From positions 7,803 to 71,802 of IMG/VR virus record IMGVR_UViG_3300022074_000024: 64,000 nt of DNA; one strand, given 5' to 3'. How positions within the stretch are numbered: the stretch's first letter is position 1; every line of letters begins with the position of its first letter. This stretch comes from a virus. The notes beneath the pieces were generated by a model that was given only the letters and a program-made list of their open reading frames with translations, made no database searches and had not been told where the DNA came from. Below are positions 18,059 to 27,995 of the stretch, one piece after another. Position numbers and translations under genes: made by a program.

Positions 18059-20218
18059 TTAAACAGAACCGACTACTTCCTCGAATGATACACCTGTTCG
18101 TGTAGCAACGAAGGTTAGACCGATGAAGTTAATGGATCTTGCAGGTTTAATGAATATGTCTGCGACAAATTCATTATTATCTATGATTGCAGCAGTGTTA
18201 TTTGTTTCGTCACAGATAACTCTGAAGTCAAAGATTCCTCGTTTTGCCTGTACATCACGAAGGAAAGGTTCAACAATATTCACAAAGTTTGTCCTTGTGA
18301 TTTCATCGTTGAATTCAAACATCTGATCTCTTGCAGCAGAGGAGATTGCATTTTCTAGGAAAATAAACAATCTACGAACGTTTATTCTGTCAAATGCAGA
18401 TGCTTTTCCAAGTCCTGTCTTATCACCAAAGAGAATAATTCCTCCACCAGGTGAGAAGATAATTGGATTAATTCGATTAGAATATAACTTATCTCTTTGT
18501 GTTTGAGATGGGTTATATGTTAACTTAACTGCGTTAAGTATTGCACCTCTTGCAGTTCCAGCTGGTGAGAACCAAGGGAAGTTGTTAATATCATTTCTTG
18601 CACATAATCCTGCAATGTCTCCATTCATTGGAACATATCTGAATGTATCTGCGAAACGATCATACATGTATTTGTAACTTCCATCAAACACTGCGAATGA
18701 TGATGAGGTTACAGGAGCAAAGAATCCAACCACATTATCTGTTATTGCTTCATCATCAAATACTGTTACAGAACCTGCTGCTCCGTCACTTAAAAATGCT
18801 CCACGATGAGGTGAAACAAATGCAACTGCATCTTTTCTTATTTCTGCAACTGCAATAATTTTATTTGCTAATGATTGAGTTGTTTCTTTAGTGTGATTAC
18901 CAGAACCCATTAGAATAAAGTCTGCTGAGTTTAAGTTATCATCTTCAAAGAGTTGATAACCACCTGCTAATCCAGCTAAAGTAACTTGGAATGCACCAGT
19001 TGCTTCTTCATCTGTTCCACCATCGTAGTTTTTACCACCACCTAGTGTTAATGTTGTTGCTCCAATACCTGCAAATCTAATACCTTGTGTATTTTGATCC
19101 CAACCTACATCACTTGAAAGGTTGAAAGTACCAGCTGCGAATGATGTAGTGACAATACCTGTAGGTGCTCCACCAGCAAAGATATTTGTTGAATTATTAT
19201 AAGTATACTTTCTCCAGTATGAAGGTGAACCTAATGAATACTCACCATCTTTTGCTTTTGAAAGTGATAAGTGTTTCTCTAAGATAGTACCTGCATTACC
19301 TGATACTTCACCAGTATCATCAATTACAACTACATGAACTTCATCAAATTTTGAATCACGAGCAGATGAAAAGTTTGATGTACCAGGACGATCTGATATG
19401 TTATTCCAATTAATTGTTGAGTTTGTTAATTGAATTGTTTGTGAATCAAACCAATCTGTGCTTGAAGTTGGAGTTCCAGTTGTGTAAGATGAGGATTGTC
19501 CAGTAGTATGAATCGCAACAGCAGTATTTCCAAACTTGTAAATACCATTTGGTTGGTAAGTTACATCGGTTGAAACACCTGCATTTGTTAATGATTCTAA
19601 TATCTTAACTGATACATTAGTGCCATCAATTTGTGTGACAATTCCTTTAAAGTAACCAGTCAATAATGATGTTGTACCTGCACCTGCTACAACAGTGTTT
19701 GCTGGAATAGCTTGTGTTATACCATAACCAACTTGTATATTTGTTGGTAATGCACTAAAAGTTAATATTTGATCTGCTAAATCATCAATTATGGCAACTT
19801 TTAAATCATTTGCCCATGAACCAGGATTTCTTGCAGCAACAGTTACTCCAGTAATTGTTGATCCATCATATCCCAAATCGTTATAATGTTCTGTGCTTTT
19901 TATCTTTATGCTTCCTGCTGTTCCCGAAAAAGCATTCTTTAAGTCATCATCGTCTGCTCTAACAACTCTTAATGGTCCACCATAGGCAAGGTATGATGAA
20001 GCAACCATCCAATACTCATAGTGCTTATCAGCAGAGTATGGTTTTCCAAAAGCATCTAATAAATCCTGCTCTGTCTCTACCAAAATTGGAAGGTCAACTG
20101 CTCCTTTAGCAAATGGGCCAACAAGAGCACCAACTTTATCCGATGCTGTGTCTACACGACCAACGGTTAAGTCAACTTCTCTAACTACAATTCCAGGAGA
20201 TGCTAAATTTAGTGGCAT
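18059..20218 (-). CDS. gp18: Tail sheath protein
   Basis: SPGIVVREVD, PWFSPAG, FDRINVRRLF, KPARSINFI. Confidence 0.98.
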   Translation of the reverse strand: MPLNLASPGIVVREVDLTVGRVDTASDKVGALVGPFAKGAVDLPILVETEQDLLDAFGKPYSADKHYEYWMVASSYLAYGGPLRVVRADDDDLKNAFSGTAGSIKIKSTEHYNDLGYDGSTITGVTVAARNPGSWANDLKVAIIDDLADQILTFSALPTNIQVGYGITQAIPANTVVAGAGTTSLLTGYFKGIVTQIDGTNVSVKILESLTNAGVSTDVTYQPNGIYKFGNTAVAIHTTGQSSSYTTGTPTSSTDWFDSQTIQLTNSTINWNNISDRPGTSNFSSARDSKFDEVHVVVIDDTGEVSGNAGTILEKHLSLSKAKDGEYSLGSPSYWRKYTYNNSTNIFAGGAPTGIVTTSFAAGTFNLSSDVGWDQNTQGIRFAGIGATTLTLGGGKNYDGGTDEEATGAFQVTLAGLAGGYQLFEDDNLNSADFILMGSGNHTKETTQSLANKIIAVAEIRKDAVAFVSPHRGAFLSDGAAGSVTVFDDEAITDNVVGFFAPVTSSSFAVFDGSYKYMYDRFADTFRYVPMNGDIAGLCARNDINNFPWFSPAGTARGAILNAVKLTYNPSQTQRDKLYSNRINPIIFSPGGGIILFGDKTGLGKASAFDRINVRRLFIFLENAISSAARDQMFEFNDEITRTNFVNIVEPFLRDVQAKRGIFDFRVICDETNNTAAIIDNNEFVADIFIKPARSINFIGLTFVATRTGVSFEEVVGSV

Positions 20219-20291
20219 CTTTGTTCTCCGAATCTCAGATTATTTCTGAAATTATTTATTAAAATATCCTTTTTCATGTAGCCTACATGCA

Positions 20292-20561
20292 CTAAAAAGC
20301 ACCATCCCAGAAAGTATCACCTATAGGTTGCATGTTTCTTGATATGAAATATAGTCCTAAATTGCACACAAACCAATTAATATTGATCACCCAAGTTTGT
20401 CTCCACAAATATTTTCGATTTGTTTCAACAATAAAGATATTTCTTTGATTATCAGATTGTTTTACAATTTGTTCCAATATCAAAGCAATGACAAACCCTA
20501 TTGCATAGATGTAGAATGCAAAATTTAAAAAACTAGAACTGAAAAGTAAAGCTGAAATCAT
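20292..20561 (-). CDS. Small predicted membrane protein
   Basis: Hydrophobic segments; ATGA overlap with the gp17 stop. Confidence 0.6.
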   Translation of the reverse strand: MISALLFSSSFLNFAFYIYAIGFVIALILEQIVKQSDNQRNIFIVETNRKYLWRQTWVININWFVCNLGLYFISRNMQPIGDTFWDGAF

Positions 20562-22204
20562 CTGTAATCCCACATATAAGAACGGTCTCCGTATTCATCA
20601 GTATGCCATACATCTCCATCTTTGTCAACAAACTGACTATCCTCTAAACCTGTCTCAATAAATCCAAATGGTGCCATGTCCTGTTCAATTTGATTCTTTT
20701 GTTCCTCATATATTCTCTTTCTAATATCATTATCAGTCATTTCCTTGAAATATTCTTGCTGAACTAACCATGCAAATATGACTAAACACATAGCCAAGTC
20801 GTCATTACACCCTTCTTCTGCCTCAAATGAGTTATGTTTTTGTGCAAATGTAGTCAATTCTGATATGATTTCATAGTCACATGTGATTAGTTTATGATCT
20901 TCAATCAGTGTTTTCAGGTTACTACAACCTAATTTTTTAACTGATGCAGTGGTTCTGACACCTAATTGTGTCTTCTTTCCTGAAAACCCTTGACCAACTA
21001 TCTGACCATTTCGACCTCTCATCGACGCCATAAGTATGTTTTCATACTCTAAATCATATTGAAGTATGCTGGCAACTTGGTCTCCTATATCATTTACTTC
21101 AACTAATATGTAAGAATTATTATATCCTTTTGCTACATCAAGTATTACATTTGGAAATAACATTGGTTTGATTTCGTTATTTCGATACTTTGCGACTACT
21201 TTGTATGGAAACTGTGTTACATCAAATACTATGAATGCAGAGTAATCATTACCAAGTCCTCTTGCTACATCCACAGTAATAATATAATTATGATCTTTTT
21301 CTGGTTTTTCGTAGATATCTAATCCAGCATTCTTAGTTATTGGAGTATCATATACCATATTTCTTAATATGGAAGGTGCTATCAAAGTATTAATAGATCC
21401 TAAGAACTCACATTCAAACTCAACTTTGAATTGTTGCTCTGATGTATTTGCTATTGTTTGCTCTTTCCATACATCATCTCTGCCTGGCACTTCAGACCAG
21501 TGAACATCTGTTGGAATATATTCGTTCTTTCCTCTTTCTGCATCATGCCAATACCTATAAAAATGGTTCATTCCGTGAGGAGTAGAAACCATTATGACTT
21601 TGGTGTTTTTACCAGAAGTGATAGTAGGATATACTGAGGCAAAGAATGACTCAGCAATATGGTTAGGAACAAAGGCAAACTCGTCCAGAAAAAGAATGTT
21701 GAAAGACATACCTCTAACTGCACTTGCAGAGGTAGATGCCGCCAGTATTTTAGATCCATTTTCTAACTCCAATGATCCTTTATTCCAAGATATAATACCT
21801 TGTTGCATCCATTTAGGTAAATTCTCATATGCAGTCTGTAATCTGCCTAATAAATCTCTAGCAGTTGCTGCTTTGTTTGCAAGAATACCAATGTTTGTAC
21901 TATCGTTGAAAACAGCATAATGTAAAAGATATGATACAGATGTAGTAGATTTACCTGTCTGCCGAGGCATCTTACATATATTGAAACGGTTTTCGTGAAA
22001 GTTTTTGATTAACTTCTCCTGAAAATCATAAGGATGAAACTGAGTTAATCCTTCATCAAGAGAAACAATCTTGATATATTTTTTTGCAAAATAAACTGGG
22101 TCTTGCTTGCATTTAACAAATTCAATGACCTGCTCCTCTGTAAATTCATGAGGAGTATTTGCTTTTTTTAAATTTGGATTACCAAGGTATACATTATCAT
22201 TCAT
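20558..22204 (-). CDS. gp17: Terminase large subunit
   Basis: YLGNPNLK, PRQTGKST, LDEFAF, DVARG, NDDLAM. Confidence 0.98.
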   Translation of the reverse strand: MNDNVYLGNPNLKKANTPHEFTEEQVIEFVKCKQDPVYFAKKYIKIVSLDEGLTQFHPYDFQEKLIKNFHENRFNICKMPRQTGKSTTSVSYLLHYAVFNDSTNIGILANKAATARDLLGRLQTAYENLPKWMQQGIISWNKGSLELENGSKILAASTSASAVRGMSFNILFLDEFAFVPNHIAESFFASVYPTITSGKNTKVIMVSTPHGMNHFYRYWHDAERGKNEYIPTDVHWSEVPGRDDVWKEQTIANTSEQQFKVEFECEFLGSINTLIAPSILRNMVYDTPITKNAGLDIYEKPEKDHNYIITVDVARGLGNDYSAFIVFDVTQFPYKVVAKYRNNEIKPMLFPNVILDVAKGYNNSYILVEVNDIGDQVASILQYDLEYENILMASMRGRNGQIVGQGFSGKKTQLGVRTTASVKKLGCSNLKTLIEDHKLITCDYEIISELTTFAQKHNSFEAEEGCNDDLAMCLVIFAWLVQQEYFKEMTDNDIRKRIYEEQKNQIEQDMAPFGFIETGLEDSQFVDKDGDVWHTDEYGDRSYMWDYR

Positions 22205-22210
22205 AATTTA

Positions 22211-23785
22211 TCAGCAGTTCCAACGTCTACGTGCTTGTCTTAATCTACTATCTGGATCTTTTGCTGCTTTTGGAAACTTCTTCATTTGACCTGCACTTCT
22301 TGCACAATAACTCTTTCTACGATTTGCTGCTTTACTTCCTTTCTTTAATTTAGATGGTTTTGTTGTAACAGCAGTTTTTAATTTTGAACCTGGATTTCTA
22401 CGACGATATGCTTCAACACCTTTTTGTGTCATTCCAGCACCTGATTTTGTGGGTCTTTTGTGTCCTGACTTGACACTCATACCCTTCATATCATCTTCTT
22501 GCAACTTTTTTGAGTCGTCCTTATCCTCATAACCCAGTTCATCTCTCCAATCTGAAAACTCTTCTTTCTTCACGCAGTTTGGATATCTCTTCCCAAACAT
22601 AGTTTTCATACCTTTCTTTTCATAACCTTTCCAACACTTTTCATCTAATTCAACTTCTTCATACTTATTTCTACCTGATGGTGAAGGTTGTGTGCTATCA
22701 AAATGAGGATTGTTTTTAGCAGCGTCAGATTGTGCATCTCTTTTCTTAGTCAGCATCTTTGCTTTCTTATCAAGATAATTTTTCATTTCAACTGACTCTG
22801 ATTTATTACCCCAGTTTGCAGCACCAACTTTACGACACTTAACTAATGCACCTGATGCATAAGCACTTGGCCACACAGAGTATCTTGATTTAACCTTATG
22901 ATAGCAAGCATCTTTTGTACCACTACCCTTACCTTTCTTATCTTTTGCTTCTCCTAAAACTATCTCATCTCCTACTTCTACATTATTCTCTGTAAACCAA
23001 CCACGATTTGCTTCGATTGCAAATAATACTTTACCGTCTGAATATACTGGTAAACTACTATATGGTTTTAACTCTTTAATACTTTCGATAGTTCCATTTT
23101 CTTTCACAAAAGCAATATCAAGAGGAATACGGGTATTTTTCATATGGAAAGAATGATGTCCAACTTCTTCAAATATAAAAAGCATTCCTTTATCAATATC
23201 TAAACTTTCACGGAACATAAGTCCTAATCTAAACAATGCATCACTCTTTGGAATCTCTACTAATAATGGTAGATCAATATACCCTTCACTTGTTGTAGTT
23301 GTATGTTGCTCGTCAGGTGTATTTGATGTAAGATTTTTTTTAAGTTGTTTCTTAGAAATCTTTGGTCCTCCTATTGGATCACCATATTCATCTCTTTTCA
23401 TTTCTTCACTCATTTTCTTCTTTTTATCAGTTGAAACGTATGTTGGTTTTGCAGCACCAGATTTTGCTTGTTGACCAGGATCTGCTTTCTTTTTTCTTCT
23501 TGAGGCAGAGAGTCTTTCTGACTTACTCATACTAGCACGTTTTGAAGATGATACACATTTAGGTGTACCCTCACCAGGTTTGTCACTCGCACAAGTTCCT
23601 CCAGTGACAACATTGACCCAACCAGGTTTGCCATCTTTAGATTTTGAACCTTTGAACCACTTATGAAGTGAACCTTCTTTTACAGATTGCTGAAATGCTT
23701 TTTTAACTTCAGACACACCGATAACATCGATAAACTCTGCAAAAGTTTCTCCATTTGAATCTTCAATAGTAACTGAATTACTCAT
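22211..23785 (-). CDS. Modular basic protein with a DUF192-like domain; putative internal head polyprotein
   Basis: GLMFR...MKNTRIPLDIAF...IEANRG (DUF192-like) among Cys/Lys-rich modules. Confidence 0.7.
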   Translation of the reverse strand: MSNSVTIEDSNGETFAEFIDVIGVSEVKKAFQQSVKEGSLHKWFKGSKSKDGKPGWVNVVTGGTCASDKPGEGTPKCVSSSKRASMSKSERLSASRRKKKADPGQQAKSGAAKPTYVSTDKKKKMSEEMKRDEYGDPIGGPKISKKQLKKNLTSNTPDEQHTTTTSEGYIDLPLLVEIPKSDALFRLGLMFRESLDIDKGMLFIFEEVGHHSFHMKNTRIPLDIAFVKENGTIESIKELKPYSSLPVYSDGKVLFAIEANRGWFTENNVEVGDEIVLGEAKDKKGKGSGTKDACYHKVKSRYSVWPSAYASGALVKCRKVGAANWGNKSESVEMKNYLDKKAKMLTKKRDAQSDAAKNNPHFDSTQPSPSGRNKYEEVELDEKCWKGYEKKGMKTMFGKRYPNCVKKEEFSDWRDELGYEDKDDSKKLQEDDMKGMSVKSGHKRPTKSGAGMTQKGVEAYRRRNPGSKLKTAVTTKPSKLKKGSKAANRRKSYCARSAGQMKKFPKAAKDPDSRLRQARRRWNC

Positions 23786-23790
23786 TAGAA

Positions 23791-24222
23791 TTAAGAATCC
23801 TCTTTATTATTTAGTATTCCTTGCTTTAACATTTTTGATAGTTCAGATGTTGAACCAACAAACAAAGCATTATTAGTAACTGTATTTGGTGATTGTTTCT
23901 TATCTTCATCTACATCTTTAACTTTCTTTTGAAGTTCCATCAATTTATCAGTCGTGTCTGCAACTGATTTTATAATCTGTCCAGCAACTTCATATGCTCT
24001 TGGACTTGCAGTTTCACCTGCAACTTCTAATACACCATTTAATGATTCCTGACCCTTTTCGATTAATGAATATAGATTAGCACGGGTATAATCATAATCT
24101 TTTTTAACATCATCAGTTTCAGTTTTTTTCACTTTCTTAGGTGTACTGACTGGTTTAATATCAATCGCACTAGTTGTATTCAAAGCATCATCAATCGAAT
24201 CATAGTTAGTCATGGTATTCAT
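23791..24222 (-). CDS. gp16: Terminase small subunit (cyanophage type)
   Basis: DYDYTRANL, PRAYEVAGQ, ALFVGSTSEL; follows gp15. Confidence 0.85.
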   Translation of the reverse strand: MNTMTNYDSIDDALNTTSAIDIKPVSTPKKVKKTETDDVKKDYDYTRANLYSLIEKGQESLNGVLEVAGETASPRAYEVAGQIIKSVADTTDKLMELQKKVKDVDEDKKQSPNTVTNNALFVGSTSELSKMLKQGILNNKEDS

Positions 24223-25265
24223 TAGATATCTTTTTGTTGTGTTGGACTAAATGATCTAGAATCATTGAATACTTCAAGATTGCCATTAAATCCAAAATCA
24301 TCATCAGGTTCAACAAGTAAATCGTCAGCAGCAGTTAGTACGTCAATTGATGCTGGTGCAACGTGTGTTGATGCAGTGCTTTGGTATCCCCTGAACACTG
24401 TAATTGTATTTGCATCAACGATTTCTTTGATCTTCATGATTTCTTTATCTATAATAATTCTCATACCAACTGATAAGGCAGCAGTTGAAGTGATATTAAA
24501 TCTTGTTTTAGTTTTACTTAAATCTGTCTTTAACTCTGCTGTATTATCGTTATCATAATCTTGAAGTGCCTGTGGAGTTGCAGTATACCTCAACTCTCTT
24601 CTTGCATTCTCAGTATCAACAGAAGCATGATAATCAACCTGAACTTTCTTGATAAGACCTTCACTAGAATCAGATACAGGACCAAAGAGATATGTCTTAG
24701 CAGTAAAGTTTAAAGTGTATATTAATGCCCTTCTAGTTGCAAAATCTCCTTCATAATCATCCTGAAATGATATATTATCCAATACGATTGGAATATCTCT
24801 TTTCTCTCCAATTACCTTTACAAGATCTACAGTAACATTAAATGATGGTTGAAAATAAGGTAATATTTGTTCTACAATCTGTAATGCATCATCATTTAAC
24901 TTCACAAGAATATTTAATTCAAATCCAATATTATATGGAACAGGCATGAATACTTTTCTAAGTTTATTTCCATCAGTTGCTTTAAATGTTTGTGTTATTC
25001 CAGATTTTCTTGTCGCATCATATGCAATATTAGTAGTTTCAAATGACATTCTTGGAAGTGTAATTTGAGTTGCACGATTTAAATCTGCTTGTTGCTCTAA
25101 TCTTGCTAAGAATTTTTGCATAGGTCCATATGCAAGTGGCACTCTTAAATCACTTGTTTCTTGACCTGAACCATCTCGATGACGAATATGAATATCATTG
25201 AAGATCGTACCAAAAGAAATTATGGTTTTTCTTAGTATTTCGTGGTAGTAATAAGTCCCTAACAT
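24222..25265 (-). CDS. gp15: Tail sheath terminator/stabiliser
   Basis: VPLAYGP, LPRMSFE, QIVEQILPYFQP. Confidence 0.95.
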   Translation of the reverse strand: MLGTYYYHEILRKTIISFGTIFNDIHIRHRDGSGQETSDLRVPLAYGPMQKFLARLEQQADLNRATQITLPRMSFETTNIAYDATRKSGITQTFKATDGNKLRKVFMPVPYNIGFELNILVKLNDDALQIVEQILPYFQPSFNVTVDLVKVIGEKRDIPIVLDNISFQDDYEGDFATRRALIYTLNFTAKTYLFGPVSDSSEGLIKKVQVDYHASVDTENARRELRYTATPQALQDYDNDNTAELKTDLSKTKTRFNITSTAALSVGMRIIIDKEIMKIKEIVDANTITVFRGYQSTASTHVAPASIDVLTAADDLLVEPDDDFGFNGNLEVFNDSRSFSPTQQKDI

Positions 25266-26905
25266 TAGAATGTACCGAATGGATTACCTTCTGAAAAATC
25301 AAGTATATCGTCTGCTTCAGATTCAATAACTTCGTTTGACTCAAAGGTTGTGTCTTGGTTATCTTCATCGAAGAAATCAAGTGAATAATTTGTCATCACG
25401 GAAGATCCAAATGAAACTACAGTTGTGACACCAGTAGTATTTAACGATAATTTACTTATGTTAATTTGACCTGCACCAATATTTGTAACAGTTGCTCCAG
25501 TTCCTATGACAGATAGTTGACCAAATTCTAGAGTATTTAACTCTTGATTTAAACTAATACCAGATGTGTTAATACCTGTAATTAATGTAGTTGTAACACC
25601 AATTGTTGCAACAGTAGTCAAACCAACAATAAAGTGTGTGGATTCAGTTGCTTGAATAGTTTCGCCAGGAATAAATGCTTTTTGTGTTGATCCAATGCCA
25701 ACATTTGATATTTTAAGAATTTTAGTATCAGTATCCCATTCTTTAACTCTTGCTTCAATACCAGAAGACATGCCTCTAATAACCTCTCCTCTTTCAAAAT
25801 TACCAACACCACTAATAAGTGATGGATTCGCAATCGTTATGGTTGGAGCAACAGTATATCCAATACCTGCATTTTTAAGAAGAATATCAGATATTGTATT
25901 GTCTGCTAATAGATTTACTTCTGCAGCAGCTGGTGATGTGCTAATTCCTGTAATTGTTACGATAGGTTTCGCAGCATAACCAACACCGTTGTTAGTGATT
26001 GTAAAGTCAACAATACCAAAGTTGGATTGCTCTACAGCAGCAGTTGCAGCAGCACCTACACCACCTCCTCCTGTAATTGTGACTACTGGTGGTGTTATAT
26101 AACCAGCACCTGCATTAGTAAGTAATATTCGATCAATTGAGAATATACCAGATCTTGTAGTTGTGATCGCAACAGCAGTCGCATTTACATTACCTGCAAC
26201 AAATGGAGCAGTTGAAATTGCAACATTTGGTGTACTTGTATAATTATATCCATCATTATTCAACACGATTTCACGTATGTAACCTCTACTTGATGGATTT
26301 AGTTGTGCGTTAGCAGTTGCTGTTACACCAGTTCCAATTAATTGAAGAGTTGAAATATATCCTGTATCTTCAAGTTGAGAATCAATTATATCAATACCAG
26401 TATCAATAACCTCATCCTCATATTCAAATAGTTCACATTTAAGTTGATATACGTAATTTTTTCCTAACTGGTAGAAAGGTTCTTCATGTTCTACAAATTT
26501 AACTTCAAATAATCTTGCTCCAAGTGGAAAAAATATGATATCTCCTTCACGAGGTCTTGATGCTAACTCATAATCATCGTCTGATTCTAAAAATGGTGAT
26601 ATAAAATCTTCAAATCTTTCTCTTGATATTGTGAGAGTTACTTCATCTCTTAAACTCACACCAAACTTGGTCATAATGTCTCCCTGACCACTATAACCTT
26701 CATAAGTATTCAAATATGCTTCAAGTAGAAAGTTATCATCAAAAGCAGATGATTGAACTTCTTTAATTATTGTTTGTTTTCTTACAAATTTTCTTGGTAT
26801 ATAAGTTACTTCAACACCATAAATTTTGAGTTGTTCATTTATTAAACTTTGAACAAGTCTTTGCTCACTTTGAGATCCTTGTAGAAAAAAGGGATTTAAT
26901 GCCAT
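25265..26905 (-). CDS. gp14: Neck protein with inserted beta-repeats
   Basis: YGVEVTYIPR, RPREGDIIF, FEVKFVEHEEPFYQLG, C-terminal DFSEGNPFG. Confidence 0.93.
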   Translation of the reverse strand: MALNPFFLQGSQSEQRLVQSLINEQLKIYGVEVTYIPRKFVRKQTIIKEVQSSAFDDNFLLEAYLNTYEGYSGQGDIMTKFGVSLRDEVTLTISRERFEDFISPFLESDDDYELASRPREGDIIFFPLGARLFEVKFVEHEEPFYQLGKNYVYQLKCELFEYEDEVIDTGIDIIDSQLEDTGYISTLQLIGTGVTATANAQLNPSSRGYIREIVLNNDGYNYTSTPNVAISTAPFVAGNVNATAVAITTTRSGIFSIDRILLTNAGAGYITPPVVTITGGGGVGAAATAAVEQSNFGIVDFTITNNGVGYAAKPIVTITGISTSPAAAEVNLLADNTISDILLKNAGIGYTVAPTITIANPSLISGVGNFERGEVIRGMSSGIEARVKEWDTDTKILKISNVGIGSTQKAFIPGETIQATESTHFIVGLTTVATIGVTTTLITGINTSGISLNQELNTLEFGQLSVIGTGATVTNIGAGQINISKLSLNTTGVTTVVSFGSSVMTNYSLDFFDEDNQDTTFESNEVIESEADDILDFSEGNPFGTF

Positions 26906-26911
26906 TGATCA

Positions 26912-27784
26912 TCAACCTATGAAATCAAGAGGAGGTAATTCATACTCAAGCATCATCTTCTCTTTGATTCTCTCTAAATCTCTTTCTGCATCATCATATA
27001 TTTCTCTTCCATTCAACTCTAATCCACCAGGTAATTTTACACCCCTAAACTTAATTAAATTTTGTCCCCACTGTCTTTTTATCAAAGCAGTTAAGTATAA
27101 CTTGACGAAATAATCATTATAAACCTGATTAAATGTTTCGGGATCTAATGCTCTATGACAATCAAGAACTAAAAAATTACCTACTTCTTGAGATCCCCAA
27201 TCAATATCCATGTATAATCGATCTTGTCTTTGATTAAATCTTATTTGTGCTTCAGGTGTAAGTAAAAAATCAATATCTTCAAGACGAGTTTTTGTCATAC
27301 TATACTGAAGTAGTTCTACAGAGTTAAAATAATACAAGTCATTTAAAAATAACTGATATTTAATACTGAACATACTACCAGATATTGAACTACTATCAAA
27401 TTTAAATATTTTATTTACACCTACAATTGATTCTGGTATCTGCAAAAAATTAGAATTTTCATAAAAATTGGTGGTTGTAGTACCATAACCAGGTATATTT
27501 GTAGAAGTAGTTGTAGTTGTAACTATACCAATACCTGTTGTTCCATTAACAGTTTGTTCACCAGAAACTTCTGCACCAATACCTCTATCAATGTCTCCTT
27601 GAGTAATTTTATATTTAAGATACATTCTTTCAACACCATCAAAGTGTCTCTCATTAAAAAGTTGTATCGCATCATCTACTAAATCATCTACCTGATCATC
27701 ATCAACGTTAATTTCCAAGACAGGAGCACCTAACTTCCTAAAACAGTAGTCAATTAATTGTTGTTTAGTTGCTGGTTTCGCCAT
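26912..27784 (-). CDS. gp13: Neck protein
   Basis: LGAPVLEINV, KRQWGQNLIKF, LPGG..LNG. Confidence 0.95.
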   Translation of the reverse strand: MAKPATKQQLIDYCFRKLGAPVLEINVDDDQVDDLVDDAIQLFNERHFDGVERMYLKYKITQGDIDRGIGAEVSGEQTVNGTTGIGIVTTTTTSTNIPGYGTTTTNFYENSNFLQIPESIVGVNKIFKFDSSSISGSMFSIKYQLFLNDLYYFNSVELLQYSMTKTRLEDIDFLLTPEAQIRFNQRQDRLYMDIDWGSQEVGNFLVLDCHRALDPETFNQVYNDYFVKLYLTALIKRQWGQNLIKFRGVKLPGGLELNGREIYDDAERDLERIKEKMMLEYELPPLDFIG

Positions 27785-27992
27785 CTTCCTCTTCGATATC
27801 TGCTAATAGATTTTCGTATTTTTCTTGCAGTTCCATTTTTTCTGCTAACAATTCTTTTTGAGCATCAAGATTATCTTGTACAATTGTTTGTAATTTTGCT
27901 TCAAGAAGAATATTTTGGTTGGTTAATGTAGAAATTTTTTGGTTATAAATTTTAATCAAAGCATTCACATCAACATCATTAGTATTTGTCAT
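27765..27992 (-). CDS. Small coiled-coil protein
   Basis: ORF with heptad pattern, in operon. Confidence 0.7.
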   Translation of the reverse strand: MTNTNDVDVNALIKIYNQKISTLTNQNILLEAKLQTIVQDNLDAQKELLAEKMELQEKYENLLADIEEEDGETSN

Positions 27993-27995
27993 AAG

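Noticed and set aside
15735-22204. Inteins or introns in gp17, gp18, gp20
   Set aside because: Lengths are typical and frames uninterrupted; no Hint or homing-endonuclease motifs noticed
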